DNA of 64,000 nt from Erysipelotrichales bacterium (GTDB taxonomy: Bacteria > Bacillota_I > Bacilli_A > Acholeplasmatales > WRBM01), in contig WRBM01000005.1 in assembly GCA_009784525.1 (NCBI GenBank), positions 5,509 to 69,508 on the forward strand, written 5' to 3'. The notes below the pieces were generated by a model. The model had not been told where the DNA came from and searched no databases. It worked only from the letters and a program-made list of their open reading frames with translations. The position numbers were made by a program, and so were the translations under genes. Every line of letters starts with the position of its first letter. Position 1 is the stretch's first letter. Below are positions 10,466 to 20,617 of this stretch, piece by piece.

Positions 10466-10494
10466 ATTATATACTAAACCTTAAAAAATGTCAA
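10466..10494 (-). promoter_or_regulatory. sigma-A type promoter of the fic-hsdMSR operon
   Basis: Minus strand reads TTGACA, a 17-nt spacer, then TATAAT. Both hexamers are perfect consensus, about 30 nt upstream of the fic start. Confidence 0.65.
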
Positions 10495-10652
10495 GATTCA
10501 TTCGGTATAATTTGCACCATTTTTTATACCGAAGAGCCGCCTGCGTATTTCACTTTATTGATTATTAATTAAAAAAATCACGTCATACAAAATTTCTAAT
10601 TTGAATTTGCAATGACACGACTTTTTGTTGTTAAACTTAATCTCAGTATTTT

Positions 10653-11912
10653 TCAATAGTTTCCTAAGAAAAAATCTATTGCATTTATTACTCTAATACC
10701 GTTATAAGTTGTATTAATTGAATAATCATCTAAAGTTATCAAATACTTAGGAAAATGATCATTAATCATATTTAAAGATTCTAGTTCTCTTTCTCTTGTT
10801 TTAGCATCTAAAATACTAGCGGCAACCTGATAATATTCAATGCCTCGCTCGTTTTCAGCTACGAAATCTACCTCTTTTGTGATTAATTTATTGTCTTTTC
10901 TTAAATCAACTTTTCCAACATTTACTTTATAATCTCTTCTTAGAAGTTCTAGATAAACAACATTCTCAAGGAGATGCCCAATATCAATTTCTTTATTCGC
11001 AAGCATCATATTACGAAGTCCTACATCAACAACATAATATTTAGAATTTGACTTAAAATGTTGTTTTCCTTTTATGTCATAACGTAAAGCTTCATAAATA
11101 ATAAAACTATCTTTAAGACACTTCAAATATCTCTCAACTGTATTATAACTTACTGTCCGTTTATTAGCTTTAAGTGTGTTTGCAATATTGACTGATGAAA
11201 TCTCATTACCGATATTGTGAAAAACATATTTTGCAATGCTTGTCAAAAGACCTATTTGCACTTTTCCTCTGGACAGAATATCTTTAATTACTACTGTATT
11301 ATAGATACTGTCAAGATAATTATTCCTCATATTTTGCGAATTTAATTCCAACAATTGAGGAAATGCCCCAAAACGTAAATAGTCAAGAAACTCTTGTTTA
11401 TATGCTTGCGAATAGCTGTCTCCTTCTTTTCTTTCAATTATTGCTTTTTTGGCAGTAACATATTCATTGAAAGATAATGGTAAAAGGTGAATTTGGATAT
11501 ATCGACCAGTTAAAAGTGTCGCAAGTTCACCAGATAAAAGATGCGAATTTGATCCTGTAATATAAATATCTATTTTCAATTTTGTTTGAAGACTATCAAC
11601 CGCTCGTTGGAAATTTTCCACCATCTGAATCTCATCTAAAAAAACATAAGTCCAATTATTTACGCTTAATTTATTGTTTATGTATTCATGAAGTTTCTTA
11701 TAATCCAAAAGTTCTTCATTTTCTAATTTCTCAAGATTTAATGAAATAATCTGAGTTTCCTTAACTCCATTTTTTTTTAGTTCCTGTTGAAATTGTTCCA
11801 TCAAAACCGACTTACCGCATCTTCGGACCCCTGTAATTACTTTAATTAATTTTTTTTCTTTAAAATCTTTTAGTTTATTTAAATAAGTCGTGCGAAGTAC
11901 ATAGTTTTCCAT
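10653..11912 (-). CDS. AAA+ ATPase, DUF4143-type
   Basis: Walker A GVRRCGKS and Walker B VFLDEIQ. The C-terminal part is typical of the ATPase+DUF4143 architecture. Confidence 0.75.
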   Translation of the reverse strand: MENYVLRTTYLNKLKDFKEKKLIKVITGVRRCGKSVLMEQFQQELKKNGVKETQIISLNLEKLENEELLDYKKLHEYINNKLSVNNWTYVFLDEIQMVENFQRAVDSLQTKLKIDIYITGSNSHLLSGELATLLTGRYIQIHLLPLSFNEYVTAKKAIIERKEGDSYSQAYKQEFLDYLRFGAFPQLLELNSQNMRNNYLDSIYNTVVIKDILSRGKVQIGLLTSIAKYVFHNIGNEISSVNIANTLKANKRTVSYNTVERYLKCLKDSFIIYEALRYDIKGKQHFKSNSKYYVVDVGLRNMMLANKEIDIGHLLENVVYLELLRRDYKVNVGKVDLRKDNKLITKEVDFVAENERGIEYYQVAASILDAKTRERELESLNMINDHFPKYLITLDDYSINTTYNGIRVINAIDFFLGNY

Positions 11913-11933
11913 ATTAATGCCCCCCTACTCATT

Positions 11934-11962
11934 ATTATAACATATTAAATTACGCCTTGCAA
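11934..11962 (-). promoter_or_regulatory. sigma-A type promoter of the AAA ATPase gene
   Basis: Minus strand reads TTGCAA, a 17-nt spacer, then TATAAT, about 20 nt upstream of the ATG at 11912. Confidence 0.55.
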
Positions 11963-12035
11963 CTTTTTTTCAACTAATTGAAATAACTATGCATTTTCGC
12001 ATGTTTTTTTCAGTTATGATAAAAAAATTGCATAT

Positions 12036-12062
12036 AAAACAAAAAAGCCTATTACAGGCTTT
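12036..12062 (-). terminator. rho-independent terminator after tRNA-Arg
   Basis: Minus strand: AAAGCCT-gtaat-AGGCTTT hairpin followed by TTTGTTTTAT. Confidence 0.55.
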
Positions 12063-12079
12063 CTTAATATTTTTACAAG

Positions 12080-12156
12080 TGGCGCACCCAAAAGGAGTCG
12101 AACCCATAACCTTTTGATCCGTAGTCAAACGCTCTATCCAATTGAGCTATGGGTGC
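12080..12156 (-). tRNA. tRNA-Arg (anticodon ACG), CCA encoded
   Basis: Hand-folded cloverleaf. Acceptor stem GCACCCA/TGGGTGC, D arm GCTC-AATTGGATA-GAGC, anticodon arm TTTGA-CTACGGA-TCAAA (ACG), T loop TTCGACT, 3' GCCA. 77 nt. Confidence 0.9.
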
Positions 12157-12226
12157 ATTTTTTCTTGCAGAAGATATTATATCACAAAGTCCACCTAAAA
12201 GTAAAGTTTTTTTTGATTTTTTTTCT

Positions 12227-14467
12227 TTATAATATTTTTTCCGCAAAATGTCCACTGGTAATATCAGTAATTTTATGGTTATCTCCATATAGAAGATTAC
12301 CGAGAATTTGTTTTATTTCTTCTTCACTTTCATCAGTAAAGAAAAGAAAAAAGTATTCTACATGTACCTTCTTTAATTGTTCTACTTTATCTAACAAATA
12401 AAGGCGTTTACTATTTATGATTCTAGTTAGTCCTGTTTCTTCTTTAATCATTTTCATCTGATAGGAAAGCCGATCTGAAATTTTCACTTTCCTTTCTTGA
12501 CAACTTAGACATTTAGTATTACATTTATTTCGGAATAAACAAGCCTTAGTAAGCATTAAGTCAACATAACCATAAATTGGAAAGATAACAGGCGGATACT
12601 TTTTAAATTTAAGGAAAAAATTAGCGATAAGCTCCTTTAATTCTTTAAAGGATAACTCATAAGAAAGACCAACAAGGCTAACACCATTTTCTAATAATAA
12701 CTCCACACCGGCACTGTTAATAATGTTTAAATAAGGGGATGTTACTACATTTTCACTAATACTGCCAAGTTCATTAACAAAAGCATGTTTCTTTGCTTCT
12801 TTTCTTTTTTCGGCTTGTTTTAAATCCGGATAAGTTTTTGCTAAATTTGTAAAATCAGTTCCGTTATAGAAAATAATTGCTTCTGGTAGAATTTTTTTTA
12901 TTGTTTTTACTGCTAACTCATTTTCACAGTGAAATAAGAATCCTTTTTTATAAGAATCGTTTAAGACTAATTCTTTAATTTTAACATTGTGATTGATTGC
13001 TCTTTTTGGCCTTGAAAGACGAACATCGTCTAATCCCTGAAGTGCATCTCTTCTTAAACTATTGACATCAGCGATACTTAAATATACTTCTTGGATCGCA
13101 GTTTTAATATTTTGGACTCGATATACCGTATCACCGGTTTTTCTGATTTGTTCAAAAAACCTATCTTGATTTAAAGGCATAATTTCCAGTCGTTTGCTAA
13201 TTCCAGACTTAAAAGTTTTCTTTCCATAGTTTAATTCTAAAATATAATGACTGTTATTTTCTGTAATAGATGCATCTATATCAAACTTAATTCTTGTTTT
13301 TTCAATTTTATATTTGATTTCCTGCTTTAACAGACTATCTGTTGTCTTAAAGATTTCATCACCAATGCTAACTTCATTTTTTACAGGTAAATAAACAATT
13401 TGATTTGCTTGTGCTTCTTTTAATCTTTCTTTAGTTTCACTAAGAATTGCCTGAACCCAAAAACCCGAGCTTTCTTTACCAACAATTCGAAGTCCATCAC
13501 CAAGACTAATTACTTCATTTAATTCAATTTTAATTCCAGCTTTAGTTTTTTCCAGCACTTTACCAACTTTAATTCCTATGTGATTAGGTGAATCAGGATT
13601 AATAATTTTTGTTTCTTTGAACAATAAACCTTTTGTAAATTTGCGAGCAAAAGTTCTACTGATTCTTTGCTTGGCAAGATTTATATCTAAGTTTTGGCCC
13701 ATTACTAGCTCTTTATAACTATTAACAGTTACATAAACATATTCTGGGCTTTTAAGGCGACCTTCTATCTTCCAGGAATCAATCCCAGCCTCTATCAACT
13801 CTTGATAGTAATCAAGTGCACATAAATCTTTTGGTGATAAAAAATAACCGTTTTCTTTATTTAGTTTATAAGGCAAACGGCAAGGCTGAGCACATCTGCC
13901 GCGATTACCACTTCTTTTACCAACAAAAGAACTAAATAAACAGCCTCCAGAATAACTTATACATAAAGCCCCATGAATAAAAACTTCAATTTCCATTGAA
14001 GTTTGTTTTCTAAGTTGTTTAATGGTTTCTAAATCAACTTCACGAGCTAAAACCACTCTTTTAACGTTATACTTCTCTAAAAATAAAATTGAGTCAAGAT
14101 TATCGACACTTAGTTGTGTTGAAGCATGGATATCTAAGTTTGGATAACGGTCGCTAATTCTTTTTAATAAACCTAAATCCTGAATGATAACTGCATCAAT
14201 ACCTAAAAGATAAACTTCATCTAGAAATAAAATAGCTTGGGGCAGTTCATCTTCAAATAAAAGTGTATTGAGTGTCAAATAAATTTTAACTTCCCGAAGA
14301 TGGGCATAAGTAATCATTTCCTTAAAATCAGCAAGCGAAAAATTATCGGCTGCTTCTCTGGCATTAAATTTTGGTCCGCCTAAATAAATTGCATCAGCGC
14401 CAGCAGCGATTGCGGCATAAAAAGCTTCTTTATTACCTGCAGGCGCTAATATTTCTGGTTTTTTCAT
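12227..14467 (-). CDS. peptidase U32 family protein (long form)
   Basis: N-terminus [12 protein letters not shown]...[10 protein letters not shown] and the CxxxC/GNRG region are typical of U32 collagenase-like proteins. 4-nt overlap with tsaD. Confidence 0.75.
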   Translation of the reverse strand: MKKPEILAPAGNKEAFYAAIAAGADAIYLGGPKFNAREAADNFSLADFKEMITYAHLREVKIYLTLNTLLFEDELPQAILFLDEVYLLGIDAVIIQDLGLLKRISDRYPNLDIHASTQLSVDNLDSILFLEKYNVKRVVLAREVDLETIKQLRKQTSMEIEVFIHGALCISYSGGCLFSSFVGKRSGNRGRCAQPCRLPYKLNKENGYFLSPKDLCALDYYQELIEAGIDSWKIEGRLKSPEYVYVTVNSYKELVMGQNLDINLAKQRISRTFARKFTKGLLFKETKIINPDSPNHIGIKVGKVLEKTKAGIKIELNEVISLGDGLRIVGKESSGFWVQAILSETKERLKEAQANQIVYLPVKNEVSIGDEIFKTTDSLLKQEIKYKIEKTRIKFDIDASITENNSHYILELNYGKKTFKSGISKRLEIMPLNQDRFFEQIRKTGDTVYRVQNIKTAIQEVYLSIADVNSLRRDALQGLDDVRLSRPKRAINHNVKIKELVLNDSYKKGFLFHCENELAVKTIKKILPEAIIFYNGTDFTNLAKTYPDLKQAEKRKEAKKHAFVNELGSISENVVTSPYLNIINSAGVELLLENGVSLVGLSYELSFKELKELIANFFLKFKKYPPVIFPIYGYVDLMLTKACLFRNKCNTKCLSCQERKVKISDRLSYQMKMIKEETGLTRIINSKRLYLLDKVEQLKKVHVEYFFLFFTDESEEEIKQILGNLLYGDNHKITDITSGHFAEKIL

Positions 14468-15456
14468 AATTCTGAATCGGGATAGGCATTTAATGATAAA
14501 TCACTGCGCACCTTATTTTTTTTCGCTAAGTAATAAGCCGAAAGACCAATCATTGCGGCATTGTCTGTACATAAAATTAAAGGTGGCAGAATTAAAGGAA
14601 CATCGCTTATTTTATTAATAAGTTTAGTTCTTAAACCTTTATTTGCGGCTACTCCACCAGCAATAATCACTTGCTTAACATTAAATTCCTTAGCTGCCCG
14701 AAAGGTTTTTTCCACTAAAACTTCCGTGACACTTTCCTGAAAGCTTGCACAAAGATCTTCTTTGATAATATTTTCATTTTTCATCTTCTTTTGATTAACT
14801 AAATTAATTACCGAACTTTTCAGACCAGAAAAGCTGAAATCATAGGAATCTTTTTCTAGAAAAACCCTTGGCAAAGAATATGTATCTTTACCAGTATGCG
14901 CTAATTCATCTATAATTGGCCCACCTGGATATCCTAATCCAAGAACCCTAGCAATCTTATCATAAGCTTCTCCGGCCGCATCATCTAAAGTTTTTCCGAT
15001 AATTTGAAAATCATGATGACCTTTCATTAAAATTAACTCTGTATGACCGCCACTAACAACTAAAGCCAGTACTGGAAAAATCATTGCTTTTGAAGCCGTA
15101 GCTGCATAAATATGCCCAGATAAATGATTAACGCCGATTAATGGGATATTATGAGCTAAAGCCAGTGCTTTAGCGGCGTTAACACCAACAAGTAAGCTAC
15201 CAATTAAGCCCGGACCTTCCGTAACCGCAATTAAATCGATTTTATCAATCGTAACTTTCGCTTCTTTAAGTGCCTCATCGATAACAATCGTAATATTTTC
15301 CGCATGACAACGACTGGCAATCTCTGGTAAAACTCCACCAAAAGCTTGGTGAACCGCAATTTGCGAATAAATAATATTCGCTAATATTTTATTGCCATTT
15401 TCGGTTATTGCACAAGCTGTTTCGTCACAAGATGTTTCAATTGATAAAATTAACAT
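14464..15456 (-). CDS. tsaD: tRNA N6-adenosine threonylcarbamoyltransferase
   Basis: [17 protein letters not shown]..., SGGH and GGVAAN motifs. Conserved tsaE-tsaB-rimI-tsaD order. Confidence 0.95.
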   Translation of the reverse strand: MLILSIETSCDETACAITENGNKILANIIYSQIAVHQAFGGVLPEIASRCHAENITIVIDEALKEAKVTIDKIDLIAVTEGPGLIGSLLVGVNAAKALALAHNIPLIGVNHLSGHIYAATASKAMIFPVLALVVSGGHTELILMKGHHDFQIIGKTLDDAAGEAYDKIARVLGLGYPGGPIIDELAHTGKDTYSLPRVFLEKDSYDFSFSGLKSSVINLVNQKKMKNENIIKEDLCASFQESVTEVLVEKTFRAAKEFNVKQVIIAGGVAANKGLRTKLINKISDVPLILPPLILCTDNAAMIGLSAYYLAKKNKVRSDLSLNAYPDSEL

Positions 15457-15466
15457 AATCTCTACC

Positions 15467-15913
15467 TCATAGATATTTAATCATTAAAATTGCATCCTCG
15501 CCATCCGGATAATAACTTTCCCGAATAAAAGAAGATATAAAACCTTTTTTTCTGTAAGCTTTTAGCGCTATTTGGTTTGATACGCGAACTTCCAGAGTAA
15601 TTACATTAATATTTTGACTAAGGAAAAAATCGAAAATATAATCAAGAAAATGGCTACCGTAGCCCTTTTTCTGATGCTTTGGAATAATAAAGAAATTAAC
15701 TATCTGGCCATTAGGCGCCGAGCTCCATGTCCCCATATATCCAATAAATTTATTAGCTAATTCTAAAACAAAGTAATTCGCAACTGGATTTTCTTTAAGT
15801 TCTCTATGTAAATAATTTGTTCCTAAGCTGTTTTCAAAAAGTTCAGTCTCCCATTTAACGATTTCTGCAATATCAATTTCTTGCATTTTCCGGATAGTTA
15901 GTTTATCAGACAT
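15467..15913 (-). CDS. rimI: ribosomal-protein-alanine N-acetyltransferase (GNAT)
   Basis: 148-aa GNAT fold ([10 protein letters not shown]) in the canonical position between tsaB and tsaD. Confidence 0.8.
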   Translation of the reverse strand: MSDKLTIRKMQEIDIAEIVKWETELFENSLGTNYLHRELKENPVANYFVLELANKFIGYMGTWSSAPNGQIVNFFIIPKHQKKGYGSHFLDYIFDFFLSQNINVITLEVRVSNQIALKAYRKKGFISSFIRESYYPDGEDAILMIKYL

Positions 15914-16454
15914 TTTTTATATAGTTCGGAGTTAAAGAGAAACAATCCGCTTTAGTAGCCATTTTAATAACTTTTTTAGGAGAAACTAAGAAATTTTCTT
16001 CTGTTATATATCGATAATCATTTAAACCTTGAATAACTTCTTCTTTGGTCCTAATCGCATCTTCTAAAAGAATTTTTCCGTCTTGATACACAGCACAGAA
16101 AAATTTCTCTCGTTTAGCATCAATTAAGGGAATAACAAGTCCATCATAACCACTAGCCATTAGATAAAGACTACTTATGCTTTTTAAACTAGCTCCATGC
16201 GAATAAACTAAAACTTTCGCAACCGTACAAGCAATTCTTACACCAGTAAAACTTCCTGGGCCAATGCCACAAATAATTTCATCAAGCTCTTTTATTTCTG
16301 TATTGTTATTCTTCAAAAGCTCATTAAGATTAATAAGCAAAGAATGGCTATGATTTTTAAGTAATGGTGCCTGATAACTTGCGATTAGTTCTTCACCATT
16401 AATAAGTGCCAGATATTGAATCGCAGTTGATGTATCAATAATTAGTCTTTTCAT
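15906..16454 (-). CDS. tsaB: tRNA threonylcarbamoyladenosine biosynthesis protein TsaB
   Basis: MKRLIIDTSTAIQYLAL and GPGSFTGVRI motifs. Gene context. Confidence 0.85.
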   Translation of the reverse strand: MKRLIIDTSTAIQYLALINGEELIASYQAPLLKNHSHSLLINLNELLKNNNTEIKELDEIICGIGPGSFTGVRIACTVAKVLVYSHGASLKSISSLYLMASGYDGLVIPLIDAKREKFFCAVYQDGKILLEDAIRTKEEVIQGLNDYRYITEENFLVSPKKVIKMATKADCFSLTPNYIKNV

Positions 16455-16897
16455 TTAATACTCTCCATTATCTTTAAATATCTTTGGCCCTTTGCACTTA
16501 ACCTTATTTTGCGGGATTGATCCGATAAATAGGTTAATTCAGCTAAAAGATATTCATCTGGTAATAACGATCTCGCATTATCTGGCCATTCGATGACTGC
16601 GACACCATCTCCCTCTATATAGTCCGCAAGGTCAAAATCTTCTGAATCATTATGCAAACGATAAAAGTCAAAATGATATAAGGGAACCCTGCCTTGGTAG
16701 ATTTTCATAATTGTAAAAGTTGGGGAATTAATATCTTTTATGATATTCAGACCTTTTCCAATTCCTTTAGTTAATGTTGTTTTACCTGCTCCAAGATCAC
16801 CAGTTAGTAAAATGCAGTCACCTTTATTTAAGATACTGCCTATTTTTCTTCCTATGCTTTCAGTTTCAAGTCTATTATTAGTCAGATATTCTTTCAT
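16451..16897 (-). CDS. tsaE: tRNA threonylcarbamoyladenosine biosynthesis ATPase TsaE
   Basis: P-loop GDLGAGKTT and SPTF motif. Gene context. Confidence 0.9.
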   Translation of the reverse strand: MKEYLTNNRLETESIGRKIGSILNKGDCILLTGDLGAGKTTLTKGIGKGLNIIKDINSPTFTIMKIYQGRVPLYHFDFYRLHNDSEDFDLADYIEGDGVAVIEWPDNARSLLPDEYLLAELTYLSDQSRKIRLSAKGQRYLKIMESIK

Positions 16898-16972
16898 AAT
16901 TTCCCCTCATACCTAAAAATTATAACATTTTTTAAGTCCAAAAAGCAAGAAAAAAAGGACCGAAGCCCTTTA

Positions 16973-17629
16973 TTACTCATAAGATAAAAAATTAAGAATT
17001 CCCAGACCAATTGCTTTGGCGACCTTTTCCTGATATTCTTCATCATTTAATAGTGCCCGTTCATCACAATTTGACAAAAAACCTGCCTCAACTAAAACAC
17101 CAGGTATTTTAGCATTCTTAATCAGATAAAGCGTATCCGCAATCCGAGGTCTTCTTCTGGTATTTTGTAAGACCTCAATTAAGGAGTCTTGAATCATATT
17201 AGCAATCGTTTCTGATTGGGAATTAGTCTTAGTATAAAAGACTTGGGCGCCTCTATCTAAAGGATGAGAAGAATTTAAATGAATCGAGACATAAAGATTT
17301 GCCTTTGATTGATTAATCATTCTTACTCGATTATGGGTATCATGCCTTTTTCTAGGTAAAGCTCCCTTACTTAAATCATAATCACCAGTCCTAGTTAAAA
17401 TAACTGTAATATTATTTTCTTCCAAAAATAAAGCTAACTTTTGTGAAATCAATAAATTAATATGACTTTCGATTATGCCATCAAATTCCGCACCACCATC
17501 AATACCACCATGACCTGGATCAATAATTACTGTCAGTGCTTCATTAGTTACGTTTTCTGATTTAGTTGCTTTATAGATAATTCCGGAAATCAAAAAGCCG
17601 ATTATTAGTAGCAGAATAAAATTTTTCAA
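16973..17629 (-). CDS. N-acetylmuramoyl-L-alanine amidase (Amidase_3, CwlD-like)
   Basis: N-terminal TM segment, IDPGHGGIDGGA and later SIHLNS motifs. Size and architecture match CwlD. Confidence 0.8.
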   Translation of the reverse strand: MKNFILLLIIGFLISGIIYKATKSENVTNEALTVIIDPGHGGIDGGAEFDGIIESHINLLISQKLALFLEENNITVILTRTGDYDLSKGALPRKRHDTHNRVRMINQSKANLYVSIHLNSSHPLDRGAQVFYTKTNSQSETIANMIQDSLIEVLQNTRRRPRIADTLYLIKNAKIPGVLVEAGFLSNCDERALLNDEEYQEKVAKAIGLGILNFLSYE

Positions 17630-17700
17630 ATTGCTTCACCAATTAATTATAGAAACTAATCAGCGAAAATATCACTAGAAACCAAAAAACTATATTTTTT

Positions 17701-19023
17701 TTACAATCCTTTTTGTTTTATTTTCTTTCTTAAATCCTCATAACCCTTTTTACCAAGAAGCGCAAACATATTATCCTTATAAGCTTCAACTCCTGGTTGA
17801 TTAAAGGGATTGACGCCTAAAAGATAACCACTAATCGCACAAGCTTTTTTAAAGAAATAGACAAGATAACCAAATACTTCTTCTGAAAGTTCTTGTAGGT
17901 TGATCAAGATATTAGGAACTCCACCTTCAATATGAGCTAACATAGTTCCAATTAAAGCTGAGTTATTAATTTCCGTTAAGTTCTTACCAAGCAAATAATT
18001 CAAACCATCCGCATCTTCTTTATCTTCTGGCAGATAAAAGCTGGAGTTTACCTTTTGCACATTGATTACTGTTTCAAAAAGAATTCTTTCACCGTCTTGA
18101 ATATATTGACCTATTGCATGTAAGTCTGTTGTAAAGCCAACTTTAGAGACAAATAATCCCATGCCATTTTTACCTTCAGATTCGCCGAATAATTGTCGCC
18201 ACCATTCAGAGAGTGAATTTAGTTTAGGTTCATAGTTCGCAATAATTTCAATCTTATGACCATAACGATATAAAATATTTCTGATAGCCGCATATTTATA
18301 ACAATCGTTTTTAAGGACATCCGGATTCAGAAAGTTCTGATAAGCCATCTCGGCGCCTTTAAGAATCTTTTTAATATCAAAGCCAGCACAAGCCAAAGGC
18401 AATAAACCACAAGCTGTTAAAACACTAAAACGGCCGCCAACATTTTCTGGTATATCAAAACTCTCATAACCTTCTTTATTAGCCATATTTCTTAAAATAC
18501 CACTTTTCGGATCAGTCACAACCACAATCCGTTCTTTTGATTCTTCTTTTGAATATTTAGATTCTAATATTTGTTTTAAAATCCGAAAATATACTGCTGG
18601 TTCCGTTGTTTTTCCCGATTTAGAGATAACAATAAGCGAAAAGTTTTTATCTTTAAGATGGGAAATCATTCCACAGAGATATTCTGAAGATAAATGATGT
18701 CCGGCATAGACAATTTCTGGCTTTTTATCCGAAAAGTAATTATCTAGAAATTCGATTCCAGCTCTAGAACCAAGATACGAACCACCAATACCAATCACAA
18801 TTATTACATCAGAAATTTTACGGAGTCGATTGGCGCAAGCATTTATTTTAGCTATTGTTTCTTTATGATCCATAATTGGCCAATCTAGCCATCCTAAAGC
18901 TTCGCTTCCAGCTCCTTCTCTTTTGTGAAGCATATAGTGAATTTCAGTAACCTCTTGTCCGATTCTTGGCAAATCATTTAAATTAATAAAATCCAAAACT
19001 TTACTATAATCCACTGAAATCAT
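17701..19023 (-). CDS. pgi: glucose-6-phosphate isomerase
   Basis: 440-aa Firmicute-type PGI. Motifs GIGGSYLG, SKSGKTTEP and GGRFSVL. Confidence 0.95.
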   Translation of the reverse strand: MISVDYSKVLDFINLNDLPRIGQEVTEIHYMLHKREGAGSEALGWLDWPIMDHKETIAKINACANRLRKISDVIIVIGIGGSYLGSRAGIEFLDNYFSDKKPEIVYAGHHLSSEYLCGMISHLKDKNFSLIVISKSGKTTEPAVYFRILKQILESKYSKEESKERIVVVTDPKSGILRNMANKEGYESFDIPENVGGRFSVLTACGLLPLACAGFDIKKILKGAEMAYQNFLNPDVLKNDCYKYAAIRNILYRYGHKIEIIANYEPKLNSLSEWWRQLFGESEGKNGMGLFVSKVGFTTDLHAIGQYIQDGERILFETVINVQKVNSSFYLPEDKEDADGLNYLLGKNLTEINNSALIGTMLAHIEGGVPNILINLQELSEEVFGYLVYFFKKACAISGYLLGVNPFNQPGVEAYKDNMFALLGKKGYEDLRKKIKQKGL

Positions 19024-19131
19024 TGCCTTGTTCCCCTTTCTACGTGCTGATTAAAAGACAGCTGCTTAGAATTATACTCTATACTAATAAACCTCAAAAC
19101 AACAAAACGCTTACATAAGCGCTGCTAGTTA

Positions 19132-19470
19132 TTATTTTTTAAGTCTTTTATAGGCTTGATTAACCCATTGCGGCAAATAATCCTCTAAAGTCTTAAAACC
19201 AATCTGAATATTTCCGGCTTTTTTAAGCTTTAAAGGAATGTTGTTGGCTTGTTTAAAACTAAGCTTTAGTTTACCGCTAATTTTTTCCTGACCGAGCACT
19301 TTTAAGTCTACTACTTCGCCGACTTTTATAATTTCACTTATGCTTTTTACATAATCATCAGAAAACTCTGAAATATGGATTAGTCCGTCAAAATTATCAA
19401 CTTTAACAAACGCACCATAATCTTTGATACCTGTAATCGTGCCTTTAACTATTGAACCACTTTTAAGCAT
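19132..19470 (-). CDS. S1 RNA-binding domain protein
   Basis: GSIVKGTITGIKDYGAFVKV...GLIHISE is a canonical S1/OB fold. Confidence 0.8.
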   Translation of the reverse strand: MLKSGSIVKGTITGIKDYGAFVKVDNFDGLIHISEFSDDYVKSISEIIKVGEVVDLKVLGQEKISGKLKLSFKQANNIPLKLKKAGNIQIGFKTLEDYLPQWVNQAYKRLKK

Positions 19471-19480
19471 GATTAGCTCC

Positions 19481-19927
19481 TTATCTGAAAATCAAAAAAG
19501 TTATAATTGAAACAACAATCCCTAAGATAAAACCGCAAATAACTTCATTAGGTGTATGACCTAAAAGTTCTTTAAGTTCCTTATCATTTTCATATTCCGT
19601 ATTTAAAGAGCGCATATCTCTAACAATCCGATTAAGAATTACTGCATGCTTACTAGCCTCTAAACGAACCCCCATCGCATCATAAGTTACAATTAAAGCT
19701 AGCGCCACGCTAATCGCAAAATAAAATGTATTTGGACCTTCAAAAAGACCAATAAGCGCCGCTAAAGTTGTCACACAACTAGTATGCGTGGAAGGCATCC
19801 CGCCTGAACGGACTAAAATGCGTGTAGAAAATTTACCAGTCTTAAAATAATGTGTAAAAAATTTAAAGGTCTGACCAATAAAGATTGTCACAAAACATGC
19901 CAAAATTATTATTATGGGATGGGACAT
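19481..19927 (-). CDS. divergent PAP2 (DUF212) family membrane protein
   Basis: SGGMPSTHTS motif and 4 TM segments, typical of the acid phosphatase/vanadium-haloperoxidase-related family. Confidence 0.7.
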   Translation of the reverse strand: MSHPIIIILACFVTIFIGQTFKFFTHYFKTGKFSTRILVRSGGMPSTHTSCVTTLAALIGLFEGPNTFYFAISVALALIVTYDAMGVRLEASKHAVILNRIVRDMRSLNTEYENDKELKELLGHTPNEVICGFILGIVVSIITFLIFR

Positions 19928-19939
19928 TTAAACTCACTC

Positions 19940-20170
19940 CTACTTTACGTTCACGACTTCAATTATCTCGGGAACGCTCTCTAAAATCAGACTTTCAATA
20001 CCATTCTTGATGGTTTCATCAACTGCCAGGCAATTAGCACAAGCACCCAGCATCCTGACATAGACCGTATTATCCTTGATTTCCACTAGTTCTACATCGC
20101 CGCCATCACGATTTAAATAAGGTCTGACTTTCTTTAATATATCTCTAACCTGCTTTTCTATCTTATCCAT
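19940..20170 (-). CDS. NifU-like Fe-S cluster domain protein
   Basis: 76 aa. RPYLNRDGGDVELV...GACANC motif of the NFU/NifU C-terminal domain. Confidence 0.8.
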   Translation of the reverse strand: MDKIEKQVRDILKKVRPYLNRDGGDVELVEIKDNTVYVRMLGACANCLAVDETIKNGIESLILESVPEIIEVVNVK

Positions 20171-20177
20171 AAAAACC

Positions 20178-20450
20178 TCATTTATTCCTAATTCTTTTTA
20201 AAATAAAGAACTTTGCGTTAATTACACACGACTCATTTAAATAATCAGGAATTGTTTTGAATGAGTTTTTACTTTTCGGGTCGCTAGAGAAACCTTTGAT
20301 TCTTAATATATCGTTGGAAACATCTCCGACTAAATAAGTAAATTTATCAAAAATTTCTTCAATATAACGATCCTGAAACTTGGCAATATCAAAAGCTTCG
20401 CGATGATTTTTTAAAAGTTCAAAATTGCCTTTTGTTGTTTCTAAAATCAT
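20178..20450 (-). CDS. yutD: YutD-like protein (DUF1027)
   Basis: Alignable by eye along its length to B. subtilis YutD (F.LL.NHR..F....F..RY......F.Y.VGD......R.KGF). Confidence 0.65.
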   Translation of the reverse strand: MILETTKGNFELLKNHREAFDIAKFQDRYIEEIFDKFTYLVGDVSNDILRIKGFSSDPKSKNSFKTIPDYLNESCVINAKFFILKRIRNK

Positions 20451-20617
20451 TTTATCACCTTTAAAAATTATACCTTATTCTGCTTAAAAAAGCCAGAGAT
20501 TTTTATTATCTCTTCGATAAAAACGCTAAACAAACTATGTTTTTATTCTTTTTTGCATAAAAACTTTGATTACTTCTAATACTATTTTCGAGGTGATGGT
20601 CTAAAAGACGACAAATT

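Noticed and set aside
11770-11778. T9 (A9 on the coding strand) homopolymer inside the AAA ATPase gene, considered as a phase-variation switch.
   Set aside because: The gene is intact and in frame, and runs of this length are common in AT-rich genomes. There is no evidence of variation from a single sequence.
12073-12401. ORFs 12073-12288 (-) and 12114-12401 (+).
   Set aside because: They overlap the well-folded tRNA-Arg and the 3' end of the U32 peptidase gene. No RBS is present and the translations are implausible.
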